DNA of 64,000 nt from Flavobacterium sp. (GTDB lineage: Bacteria > Bacteroidota > Bacteroidia > Flavobacteriales > Flavobacteriaceae): NCBI RefSeq assembly GCF_039932285.1, contig NZ_JBDTQE010000006.1:1582-65581 (forward strand), given 5' to 3'. How positions within the stretch are numbered: the stretch's first letter is position 1; every line of letters starts with the position of its first letter. The position numbers and the translations under genes were made by a program. The notes beneath the pieces are model-generated. The model ran no database searches and was not told where the DNA came from. It saw nothing but the letters and a program-made list of their open reading frames with translations. Of the stretch, positions 10,459 through 19,607 are shown in pieces.

Positions 10459-11823
10459 ATGAGTCAAGAAAAAGCAAATTCGGCTGCAAATAGTAGTAAA
10501 GAAGCTAAAGAAGTATCTTCTTTATCATTAGAACAACAATTAGAATCGTTTATACAATATGGTGGTTTTGATTTATTAGAAGGATCTATAGATGGTGTTC
10601 AAAACCTGAATCCAGAGAGAAAAGCACGAAAAAATATTTTTTTAAGTGAAAGCGGAAAAAAAGCAGAAAGAGAAACTCTTAAAAAAACATTGCAACTTTG
10701 GGCAGATTCATTAAAAGCATCTGATAATTTAGTTGACTTAGTAAATGATTGTTCTGAAAAAGCAGACGCAGTTGAAAAAACTTTAAAAAAGAATTTAGCA
10801 ATTGCTGTAGAAGAGATAAAAGAACTAGAGCAAAATTATCGAACAATTTCATTGTTTTATAAAAATACAGAAGAAAGTAAGATTAAAAATATTTCTATAA
10901 TGAATGCCGAGCTAGATCAACTTAAAGATTTAGACAATTCTCGTTTTATAGACAATATAGAAGAAGAATTAGTAAATGGTTTTGACCGACTAGATTTAAG
11001 ACAAAACTATTCATTACTAGTAATTCCAGGATATTTAGGTTCAAATAAAGTTATTGAAAAATGGGGAAAAATAGCTTATGAAAATAAAGTAATGTTAATT
11101 ACCGACTTTCAGCATTTAGATGAACCAGATGATGTTATGGAAATGTTTGAAGCAGCTAACTTAACAGGAGGTGATACTTATAGATCTAATGTCATGATGG
11201 CCTGTAACTGGTTAGTAGGTAGAGGAAAACACGACGAAATTGATGAGGAAGAAGATTTATATTTGCCACCATCAGCAGCATTAGCTGGGAAAGTATACAA
11301 TACATTGATGTCTCAAGTTACAGCAGGTAAAAAACACGGAGGAATAAATGAAGTAGATGGCGTTAAATTCGATTTAAAGAAAAGCGAAATAGCTAATCTT
11401 GAAAATATGGGATTAATTCCTATGGTAAATGAATATGGTAAAGTGATGGCATTTTCAGCAAAAACCTTATTTAATGGAGATAACTTAGGGCTACAAACTT
11501 ACTCAGTTGTTCGTGTCTTTGATTATGTTACTAAAGTTTTAATGGATTTTTTAAATCGTAGAGCCTTTGAAAACTTTAATTCAACAACCAAAAAAGAAAT
11601 TTTGGGACAAATTGTTAAATTTTTAGACAGCGTTTCTGGTCCAGGAAAATTAATTGAAGATTTTGATATCAAAAGATTCGAGCAAGACCCTAATCAAAAA
11701 GACAGGATTTTTGTAGATATAAGGTTAAAACCATATTTTCCAGCTAAAAACTTTTTAATCCGTATGGACGGACAAAAAGGAGATGATGGAAACGAATGGG
11801 ATACAGAATACGCTAACGTTTAA
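10459..11823 (+). CDS. tssC: T6SS contractile sheath large subunit TssC (DUF5458-like)
   Basis: 454 aa with GGFDLLE, CNWLVGR, PPSAALAGK and SVVRVFDYV motifs of Bacteroidota TssC. Confidence 0.9.
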   Translation: MSQEKANSAANSSKEAKEVSSLSLEQQLESFIQYGGFDLLEGSIDGVQNLNPERKARKNIFLSESGKKAERETLKKTLQLWADSLKASDNLVDLVNDCSEKADAVEKTLKKNLAIAVEEIKELEQNYRTISLFYKNTEESKIKNISIMNAELDQLKDLDNSRFIDNIEEELVNGFDRLDLRQNYSLLVIPGYLGSNKVIEKWGKIAYENKVMLITDFQHLDEPDDVMEMFEAANLTGGDTYRSNVMMACNWLVGRGKHDEIDEEEDLYLPPSAALAGKVYNTLMSQVTAGKKHGGINEVDGVKFDLKKSEIANLENMGLIPMVNEYGKVMAFSAKTLFNGDNLGLQTYSVVRVFDYVTKVLMDFLNRRAFENFNSTTKKEILGQIVKFLDSVSGPGKLIEDFDIKRFEQDPNQKDRIFVDIRLKPYFPAKNFLIRMDGQKGDDGNEWDTEYANV

Positions 11824-11836
11824 ACACACACAAACA

Positions 11837-11868
11837 ATTAAATCGTTTAACGGTGTTATTAAATCGTT
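11837..11868 (+). repeat. Perfect 11-bp direct repeat ATTAAATCGTT with a 21-bp period upstream of tssD1
   Basis: Copies at 11837-11847 and 11858-11868. Confidence 0.7.
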
Positions 11869-11975
11869 AAAAATCAATTATTTGTAAAAATAATAATTTT
11901 GTATTAAAATAAAAGGTCATATATTAGCATAGTTCAAATCAAATAAACATTTATAAATCAAATAAACTTAAAATT

Positions 11976-12365
11976 ATGTCATTTAAATCTAAATTAAGCG
12001 TTGGGGGAAAAGAGCTTAACATTTTAAACGCTTCGTATGAGCTTTTTCAAGAAATTGACGCTACAGGTCGTCCATCTTCTGTAACAAGAGGCGGGTCAAT
12101 CACTGTTACAGTAGAATCTACAGGAGATTCATTCTTTTTTGAGTGGATGACTGATAATTTTGACCGAAAAGATGGGTCAATTTTATATGTAAAGCGTGAT
12201 ACTGATGCAAAATTAAAAGAAGTAAAATTTACAGAAGCCTATATGGTTAAGTACAGAGAAAACTTTGATGCTTCTGGAAACAATCCATTAACAGAAACTT
12301 TTACAATTTCTGCACGTGAAATGACAATCGGAGAAGGTAAACTTGTTAATGAATGGACATCATAA
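11976..12365 (+). CDS. tssD: T6SS tube protein TssD/Hcp, copy 1
   Basis: 129 aa with DATGRPSS..RGG, FFFEWM and FTEAYMVKYRENF motifs of the Bacteroidota TssD family. Confidence 0.9.
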   Translation: MSFKSKLSVGGKELNILNASYELFQEIDATGRPSSVTRGGSITVTVESTGDSFFFEWMTDNFDRKDGSILYVKRDTDAKLKEVKFTEAYMVKYRENFDASGNNPLTETFTISAREMTIGEGKLVNEWTS

Positions 12366-12390
12366 TAAAAGAGTCATTCTAATATTATAG

Positions 12391-12430
12391 TAATAATAAA
12401 GGGATCGTTTAGGCTTTCCCTTTATTGTTA
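12391..12430 (+). terminator. 14-bp hairpin between tssD1 and tssD2 (terminator or RNA-stabilising stem)
   Basis: TAATAATAAAGGGA (12391-12404) pairs with TCCCTTTATTGTTA (12417-12430) with one G-U pair; no clean U-tract follows. Confidence 0.55.
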
Positions 12431-12471
12431 TTAGATGTGTTACTTTTAATATTAATTTAACCTTATTTATT

Positions 12472-12867
12472 ATGTCTTTTTTAGCAAAGCTTGAAATTGA
12501 TGGAGAAACAATGAATGTCTTAGAGTTCAATTGTTCTATACGACAAGAATTGGATAAAAGCGGAAAGCCTTCTGCAGATCCTAATGGAGGAAATATTAGA
12601 CTGTTAGTTGAATCTACAAAAAGCACTTTGTTATTTGATTGGATGGTAAGTCATTCTCAAACTAAAAATGGTAAAGTTACTTTTTATAGAAGAGATGCTG
12701 TTTCTAAAATGAGAGAACTCGAATTTAGCGAAGCCTATTGTGCAAGTTATGACGAAATATTTATAGCAGACAACAATACACCAATGCAAATTCAATTTTC
12801 TATTTCAGCTAAGGAAATAGCTATGAATGGTTCGAAATTGACTAGAAACTGGCCTTTGAAATTCTAA
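12472..12867 (+). CDS. tssD: T6SS tube protein TssD/Hcp, divergent copy 2
   Basis: 131 aa with DKSGKPSADPNGG, LFDWM and FSEAYCASYDE; same family as copy 1 but clearly diverged. Confidence 0.88.
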   Translation: MSFLAKLEIDGETMNVLEFNCSIRQELDKSGKPSADPNGGNIRLLVESTKSTLLFDWMVSHSQTKNGKVTFYRRDAVSKMRELEFSEAYCASYDEIFIADNNTPMQIQFSISAKEIAMNGSKLTRNWPLKF

Positions 12868-12873
12868 TTTGTT

Positions 12874-13806
12874 ATGGACGAACTTGAATCTAATTTCTTT
12901 CTGTCATTAAGTATTCATTTTGGCGGGGGTAAATCCTATTTTAGTGGCACTGCCGGTATGGGCGTGAGTAAAAAACTTGGATCTATCGATCCTGGTGTAA
13001 ACTTAGCTGTAAATTTTTATAACGGAGGAATAGGAACGTTAGAAAATTCAAATAAAGTTCATTTTGATACTGTTTTAACCGGGAAATTAACCGCAGGAGC
13101 AGGTAAAGGAAATCCTATGGATATTTACCCATTACATATAGATTCTGGAACAGGACTTGTAGATAATTATAAGTATTCAGCAACATTAGGAACCAATTTT
13201 ATTCTTAATAATAGTGGCAGAAATCAGCAGGTAGGATTTCTTCAGTTAAGGGTAGAAGATTTTAGTTTTCAAACTTATAACGATTTTGGGGGTTTCAAGA
13301 AAATAGGAATTAGCGACGGTTATGATCGCTGGTGGACTGGAGGCGGAAACATAACTTTAGGAGCTAAAAATAGTAATTATCAGTTTGTAGTTGCAAGTGA
13401 TGTTTTTACCGCAGATACTGATTCTGAAAATAGATTAGACAGAGAAAATGCTGATAATAATTTAGCAGAGTTTAACAAGAATAATCCAAACGGAGGATTT
13501 GAGAAATTCAAAAAAAGAATTACTGGATATACACCAACTAAAGCTTCAGAAGTAGATGAAACTTTCGTAAAAGAAATGCGAAATGACACATGGACTCCTA
13601 ATCAACACTCTTTTAATCTAAATCAAGGAAGAACATCTTTCGGATTAAAAACGCCACAAGGGTCATTTAGAGCAAATCATCTTGGAAGTAATGATATGTG
13701 GAGCCAAGATATGATTCATAGAACTATAAATTTTCATTTAATTCCTTCGGAACGTGAAAATCAATGGGAATTTCAAGGGGCTTCAAATATAAATAGTGAG
13801 TTCTAA
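12874..13806 (+). CDS. Putative T6SS effector, Ntox23-like / LpxR-like beta-rich domain
   Basis: No signal peptide; directly after tssD2 and overlapping a lipoprotein gene by one base; ND, DGYDRWWTG and QDMIH motifs. Confidence 0.65.
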   Translation: MDELESNFFLSLSIHFGGGKSYFSGTAGMGVSKKLGSIDPGVNLAVNFYNGGIGTLENSNKVHFDTVLTGKLTAGAGKGNPMDIYPLHIDSGTGLVDNYKYSATLGTNFILNNSGRNQQVGFLQLRVEDFSFQTYNDFGGFKKIGISDGYDRWWTGGGNITLGAKNSNYQFVVASDVFTADTDSENRLDRENADNNLAEFNKNNPNGGFEKFKKRITGYTPTKASEVDETFVKEMRNDTWTPNQHSFNLNQGRTSFGLKTPQGSFRANHLGSNDMWSQDMIHRTINFHLIPSERENQWEFQGASNINSEF

Positions 13807-14378
13807 TGAAAAAAATGTTTTGGAAAACATTATTACCAGTTCTTTTTCTACAATCTTGCGGTCCAAAATTTTATGTAAAAAATGATTTCACGTTTTTTGA
13901 TAAAAATTTCGAATTAGATGAAAGTTCTTTGTTAAAAACAAATGGAATTTATGTATTAGATAATATTTGGTCTAGCAAAAATGGAGGAGAAATTTTACCT
14001 ATTAAGAGTAATAAAATATATCAATTTTACAAAACAGGACAATCAAATTTTTGGTTTGATAATGGTTTAAAATCTAATGATGATTATCTGTTGTTTTTAG
14101 AAAAAGAAAATATTAAAAGTAGTAATAGTCAAAGTACTTTATTTCAAGGTTATTATAAAATCAATAAAAATCAAATTATCATTCAAAATGTAAATACTTC
14201 CTTGAAAAGATTTAATTATACCTACGGTTTTATTGAATCAAATAAACTCATTATTGTTAAAGAGGATATTATTGAAGGAAATGGAAAATTTGACAACAAA
14301 TATTTCACAAATACCTATAAAGAAACTTATATATTTAAGGAACTAAAAACCACGAAAAAAATAATTCCAAATTGGTAA
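13806..14378 (+). CDS. Putative immunity lipoprotein
   Basis: Lipobox LFLQSC; coupled to the upstream effector gene. Confidence 0.65.
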   Translation: MKKMFWKTLLPVLFLQSCGPKFYVKNDFTFFDKNFELDESSLLKTNGIYVLDNIWSSKNGGEILPIKSNKIYQFYKTGQSNFWFDNGLKSNDDYLLFLEKENIKSSNSQSTLFQGYYKINKNQIIIQNVNTSLKRFNYTYGFIESNKLIIVKEDIIEGNGKFDNKYFTNTYKETYIFKELKTTKKIIPNW

Positions 14379-14410
14379 AAGTCCTCTAAATTTTAAAATG
14401 TATAGAAATT

Positions 14411-15121
14411 ATGAATAAAATAACCATCATAGTTTTAATTATTGTTACACTTACCAGTAGTAAGAGTGTTTGTCAAAATACTAGTATACAGCAATTTGAT
14501 GATGTTTATAAAAAAGAAATTTTATTAGAAAACAATGCGCTTTCTGAAAGAATTTTAAAATTCCCTCAAGATATAATTAGGTTAAATGAGGAAACAAAAA
14601 TAGCATTACGGAAAAAAGATTTCACAGCAGCTTACGAACTTGGTGTTAAAATAGACAAAATGATGCCTAACAATGAAGATGTGAAAAATTTTTTAGGTAA
14701 GATGTCTTCTAAATTAGGTAATAGTTCAAAGGCTCTATTCTATTTCGACGAAGCTTTAAGAATTAACCCATTAGCAAAGTGGATTTATATAAATAAGAGT
14801 ATTGCACTCTCTGAAATTGGAAAAAATAGTGAAGCGCTACAAACTATAAATATATTAATAGAAAAATATCCCAACTGGTTTATCGCTTATAATATAGAAG
14901 GAGCACTATTTTCAAATATTAATCAAAAAGACAAAGCAATTTTAGCCTATTCAAAGGCTATAGAACTTGAACCCAATAGTGCTCAAGTACTAACAAATAG
15001 AGGTAATGTATATTTAGAAAAGAATGAAATTGATAAAGCAAAAGCAGATTTTGAAAAAGCATTATCTATTCAGCCTAATTATGAAATTGCAAATCAGAGA
15101 ATTAATTTTCTAACAAAATAA
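14411..15121 (+). CDS. Exported tetratricopeptide-repeat protein
   Basis: Signal peptide followed by several TPR motifs (AILAYSKAIELEPNSAQVLTNRGNVY, AKADFEKALSIQP). Confidence 0.8.
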   Translation: MNKITIIVLIIVTLTSSKSVCQNTSIQQFDDVYKKEILLENNALSERILKFPQDIIRLNEETKIALRKKDFTAAYELGVKIDKMMPNNEDVKNFLGKMSSKLGNSSKALFYFDEALRINPLAKWIYINKSIALSEIGKNSEALQTINILIEKYPNWFIAYNIEGALFSNINQKDKAILAYSKAIELEPNSAQVLTNRGNVYLEKNEIDKAKADFEKALSIQPNYEIANQRINFLTK

Positions 15122-15188
15122 GCTCATAAAAAATCTATACATTTCTTTTTAAAGAACAAACAACAACAAATTAACTAAAAATTACGCT

Positions 15189-17036
15189 ATGCCAATTAGT
15201 ACAAAAATTTCGATACAAATAGACGGGGAAGATTTGACAAGATTTTCTAAATTGGTTATCAATCAAAAAGTGCATACACACCACAAATTTTCACTTTTGC
15301 AACCCCTTCCAAAAGAGTTTATAGACCAGGCGATAAATAAAACACAAGGTTATATAGGGAAGACTATTGTCATAAAAATAGAGCCAAATAACATGCGTAC
15401 AAATTCCCCGTTAAGTTTTATTGGTGTTATTACCGAAGCACAAATGGTACGTGCTTCAGGAGCCGCTGGAGGAATCATTATCAACGGATATAGTCCAACT
15501 ATCTTGATGGAAGGAGCGCCCAATATAAAATCATTTAGTACACAATCCCTTTCTGATATTGTTAAGGAAGTTGCAGGAAAGTATAAAGAAAAAAGCGTTC
15601 AACCCTCAGTTTCTATTCAAAATGATACCACCTTACCGTATACAGTTCAATACGGAGAAAGTGATTATGGATTTTTAGCTAGAATGGCACAAAAAAAAGG
15701 ACAATGGTTTTATTATAATGGAGAAGAATCTTTTTTTGGTAAACCAAAATCAAAAACATTCACTTTAGAGTATGGACGCTCTTTGCATAGTTTTAATATC
15801 GAAATGAGAGCCAAGCCACTTGGTTTCGAGTATATAGGATATGATGCCAGTACTGCAGAAACACAAAAAGCCAATTCGACAGAAATAAATTACCAAGCGC
15901 AAGGTTATGCCAAGTCTGTTTTTGATTCTTCAAAAAAAATGTTTCCAGAAGTCTCTACTTTGTTGTATAACAATGCTATAGAAGAAGGAAATTCACGAAC
16001 ACACTTAGTAGATAGAGTAACCACTCAACTGCAATCACGGGCAGCCGATTTAGTTACCGCCAAAGGCGAAAGTGACGAAACAGGATTGAGAATAGGTGAT
16101 GTGGTATCTATACATGAACCTGCTTTTTCAATGACAGGCAATGCAATAGATGGACTAAAAGAGCAAAATTTCGGGAACTATATCCTTACCGATATTACCC
16201 ATGTATGTGATGAGTCTGGATCATATCACAACACCTTCGATGCAGTACCAGAAAGCGTGCTGTGTCCACCTTACGGTGATGTTTACAGTATTCCAACTGC
16301 AAACACACAACCCGCAAAAGTAGTAGACAATAATGACCCAGCAGGATTAGGAAGAGTAAAAGTAACTTTTGCATGGCAAGAAGGTAAAGATACACCATGG
16401 TTAAGAATGATAAATCCCCATGCAGGAGGAGGTAAAGGAATGTATTTCATTCCAGAAATAGGTGAAGAAGTATTGGTTGCTTTTGAAAATGGTAATGCCG
16501 AAAAACCTTTTATTCTTGGATCAATGTATAACGGAGCAGAAAGTTCTAGTTATGCAAGCTCTGGTAATGACCAAAAAGTCATTCAAACCCGTTCAGGGAC
16601 TAAAATCATTATGAATGATGCCGAAGGAAGTGTTTTTATTGAAGATCCTTCAGGTAACACTTGGATCATGGATGGTAAAGGCAATATTAATGTGAATGCA
16701 CCTAATGATATTACTATGAACGCAGGAGGAAGTATTAGTATGACGGCAGGACAAAACATTAATTCATCTGCGAGTTTAAATATTGTTGAAAGCGCTGGGG
16801 TAGACAAATCATCTTCAGTGGGAATGATGCATAATATGTTTGTAGGAGGAAACAGCATGGTAAATGTTGTAGGTAATTTAACCGAATATATTACAGGTAA
16901 TATGGAATCACATACCGAAAAAGATAGAGTAACTAACAGTAAAAAAGGCATAGAGTCTACCACTGAAGGAGAAATGGCGAAACATTCCAAAAAAGAAGTA
17001 AAACTCAATAGCGCTGAAAAGTCAAAACTTTTTTAA
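15189..17036 (+). CDS. tssI: T6SS spike protein VgrG/TssI
   Basis: QYGESDYGFLARMA motif, gp5 OB-fold (DPAGLGRVKV, PEIGEEVLVAFENG) and a C-terminal beta-helix. Confidence 0.93.
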   Translation: MPISTKISIQIDGEDLTRFSKLVINQKVHTHHKFSLLQPLPKEFIDQAINKTQGYIGKTIVIKIEPNNMRTNSPLSFIGVITEAQMVRASGAAGGIIINGYSPTILMEGAPNIKSFSTQSLSDIVKEVAGKYKEKSVQPSVSIQNDTTLPYTVQYGESDYGFLARMAQKKGQWFYYNGEESFFGKPKSKTFTLEYGRSLHSFNIEMRAKPLGFEYIGYDASTAETQKANSTEINYQAQGYAKSVFDSSKKMFPEVSTLLYNNAIEEGNSRTHLVDRVTTQLQSRAADLVTAKGESDETGLRIGDVVSIHEPAFSMTGNAIDGLKEQNFGNYILTDITHVCDESGSYHNTFDAVPESVLCPPYGDVYSIPTANTQPAKVVDNNDPAGLGRVKVTFAWQEGKDTPWLRMINPHAGGGKGMYFIPEIGEEVLVAFENGNAEKPFILGSMYNGAESSSYASSGNDQKVIQTRSGTKIIMNDAEGSVFIEDPSGNTWIMDGKGNINVNAPNDITMNAGGSISMTAGQNINSSASLNIVESAGVDKSSSVGMMHNMFVGGNSMVNVVGNLTEYITGNMESHTEKDRVTNSKKGIESTTEGEMAKHSKKEVKLNSAEKSKLF

Positions 17037-17038
17037 GA

Positions 17039-18367
17039 ATGACAAGGATTAGAAATGTACAAGGTAAAATAACCGAAACCACTGGAGGCAATGATATTTC
17101 TTATGCTCAAGAAAGTATTGTGCTTAATTCTCATAAAGCTATAAGTGTAAAAGGAGAAGAAAAAGGAGTGAGTTTCCAGAAACCAAAAAGTTATAAACCT
17201 AAAACTGATTTACTTGTAACAAAAGTTGAAGGGCCATATGATGAAAAAGATAAACTTGTAAAAGTTGTCAAAAAAGGATTTTTTTATACATATAAGGCAA
17301 GTTTGTCTAGAGAACCAAAACCCGAAGAAATAAAAATGTTAAGATGGGCATCAAAAAATGATGACGGAAAAACTAATGAATTATCAGGTGTTTCAACACA
17401 CAATGCATTAGTAAAAGATAAAATAATTATTGGAATTGCAGTAAATCAAGATTGTGATAAGGTTAGAATCTATGCTTATTATAAAAAAGAAGATGAAAAA
17501 GCAAGTGTTGTAACAGATGTGGAAAATATTGAAATTTTATTGATTGTAGGTACAGAACAACATTCTCAAACTTATGGTAATAAACTAATGTTTCCAGCAC
17601 AAGCTGTTAGAGAGGTTAGGGAAAGTTATAAACACAATAAAAAAGTAACTATTGTTATTTTCACTGATGGATTTAATGCTTTAGAATTAAGTACAATAGA
17701 AAAAGATTCCAAAAAAATAAACAGTTTAGTAAATTTTAAAAAAATTAATTCCATAACACAATTAATAAGCTATATAAATAATGGAGAAGGTTCAAATACT
17801 AGGGATAAAGTTAAAGTAGGTATTGTTAAAATCTTTTCTCACGGTTTACCCAGTATTCTTGATTTTGGGTTAGATGGGAGTAATAGCAAGTCACAAAGAT
17901 TTGAAATTTCTCATATAGCAAAGTTAAAAGTTGACTCATTTACCAAAAAAGCAGAAATTTATTCTTACGCATGTAGGACAGGTAATGCCGATGATAGACT
18001 TGTAGCCTATAGCGATAATTATGAATATGAGCAAGATTGGGTTAAGATTGTAAAACCTGAGGAGAGTTTGGCTCAAAAATTAAGTGATCATTTAGATGCT
18101 AGAGTACATGCCTTTTTAAGAAGAAGTAATTATACATCTACTTGGGTAGAGGGCGGTGATGAAAGTTACAAAAAGAAATATATAACAATAGAAGATGAAG
18201 AGGTTAGTAATCCTATAAATCCTAAAGACTGGTTTAGAAAAGGTTGGGATGATGCTTTGTGGAATCCTGAAGGCGGATATTCAAAACCTGCATCTGGAAA
18301 GACCCCTGGAGGACTTTTGCCTTCAGGAATGTATGTGTTTGAGAAAGGTAAAAAACCAAGTAAATAA
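17039..18367 (+). CDS. Putative VgrG-associated effector with a C-terminal His/Cys (caspase-haemoglobinase-like) domain
   Basis: Starts 2 nt after vgrG; no signal peptide; FSHG and YACRTG motifs; followed by a membrane protein gene. Confidence 0.6.
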   Translation: MTRIRNVQGKITETTGGNDISYAQESIVLNSHKAISVKGEEKGVSFQKPKSYKPKTDLLVTKVEGPYDEKDKLVKVVKKGFFYTYKASLSREPKPEEIKMLRWASKNDDGKTNELSGVSTHNALVKDKIIIGIAVNQDCDKVRIYAYYKKEDEKASVVTDVENIEILLIVGTEQHSQTYGNKLMFPAQAVREVRESYKHNKKVTIVIFTDGFNALELSTIEKDSKKINSLVNFKKINSITQLISYINNGEGSNTRDKVKVGIVKIFSHGLPSILDFGLDGSNSKSQRFEISHIAKLKVDSFTKKAEIYSYACRTGNADDRLVAYSDNYEYEQDWVKIVKPEESLAQKLSDHLDARVHAFLRRSNYTSTWVEGGDESYKKKYITIEDEEVSNPINPKDWFRKGWDDALWNPEGGYSKPASGKTPGGLLPSGMYVFEKGKKPSK

Positions 18368-18369
18368 TT

Positions 18370-18798
18370 ATGAAAAAACTAAATATATATAAGATTTTTT
18401 TTACCATTCTGTTAGTTTACGTTTTGACATTCATTCATACTTATTTAAGTATGAATGAATATTCAAACAATTCATCTTCTGCTTGTTTTGGATGTTCATA
18501 TATTGAAGAAATACTAAGATATAGTTTTATTTCTTTGTTTCTTATTCCAATACTGATTATTGCAAATAGGGTTAAAACAACCAATAAAACTAAAATAATC
18601 TTACTGACATTCTTTTTTATCATATTTTTATTTGTAGTAAACACTAGTCTTTTTGATGCAAGAGTTGCTTCTTGGAGTACTTATACTAATGTTGAATTAT
18701 ATATTTCAGTGTTTAGAAAAATGATTATTTCTGGATCTTTTTTTGGACTTATTTTTTATTTTTATTTGAAGTTTTTTTATTTAAAGTCTAACTATTGA
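18370..18798 (+). CDS. Putative membrane immunity protein
   Basis: 142 aa with 3-4 hydrophobic helices and a CxxC loop (SACFGCSY); starts 2 nt after the effector. Confidence 0.55.
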   Translation: MKKLNIYKIFFTILLVYVLTFIHTYLSMNEYSNNSSSACFGCSYIEEILRYSFISLFLIPILIIANRVKTTNKTKIILLTFFFIIFLFVVNTSLFDARVASWSTYTNVELYISVFRKMIISGSFFGLIFYFYLKFFYLKSNY

Positions 18799-18808
18799 TT
18801 CTTTAATT

Positions 18809-19390
18809 TTGAAAAAAATTATATTTATAACAACAGTAATTATAGTACTTTTTTTTATTTTAAAAATTGTCAAAGAAATCAACTGGAATTCAAAACATGA
18901 AGTAGGAGAGATACTCGATAATTATAATGATGTAAAAGTATATTACAATGGTGGAGTAAGTAATACTGAAGGAAGAAATATGACTAAAGACGGCTACAAT
19001 ATTGGCATGAAATATCAGTGTGTCGAATTTGTAAAACGATACTATTATGAACATTTTAATCATAAAATGCCTGACACATATGGCAATGCCAAAGACTTTT
19101 TTGCCAAAGGTGTTAAAGATGGAGAAATGAATACTAAAAGAGACCTTTTGCAATATGTTAATCCTAGTAAAGTCAAGCCAAAAGTAGATGATATTATTAT
19201 TTTTGATAAATCAATATTAAATTCTTACGGTCATGTAGCCATTGTTTCCAAAGTGGAAAATAATTATATTGAAATTGTTCAACAAAATCCAGGTCCTTTT
19301 AGAAACTCAAGAGATACTATTATGCTGAAAGTAAATAATAACTTATGGTTATTAGATAATGACAGAATTCTTGGCAGGTTAAGTAAGTGA
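18809..19390 (+). CDS. CHAP-domain amidase with an N-terminal signal/anchor
   Basis: YQCVEFVKRYY (Cys), YGHVAIV (His) and QQN motifs; hydrophobic N-terminus; TTG start. Confidence 0.85.
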   Translation: MKKIIFITTVIIVLFFILKIVKEINWNSKHEVGEILDNYNDVKVYYNGGVSNTEGRNMTKDGYNIGMKYQCVEFVKRYYYEHFNHKMPDTYGNAKDFFAKGVKDGEMNTKRDLLQYVNPSKVKPKVDDIIIFDKSILNSYGHVAIVSKVENNYIEIVQQNPGPFRNSRDTIMLKVNNNLWLLDNDRILGRLSK

Positions 19391-19607
19391 TTTTTTATGA
19401 AAATGATTTAAAGGCAAAATTTGCTGAGTTGAAAATATCCGAACATATGATAAAAAAACATGGATGATTTAACTAAGATTTTTAATAGTTTTAAATATTA
19501 TAAATAAAAAGAAATAAAATAATTTTATAGTTCGAATTCATTGGACGATTGTTGTAAATTTTAATAAGAATAACAATATTTTTCTAAATCAAAAACATTA
19601 TTATCGA

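Noticed and set aside
19391-19607. Possible gene remnant in the intergenic gap
   Set aside because: Only short broken frames, with no match to anything else in the window that I could see.
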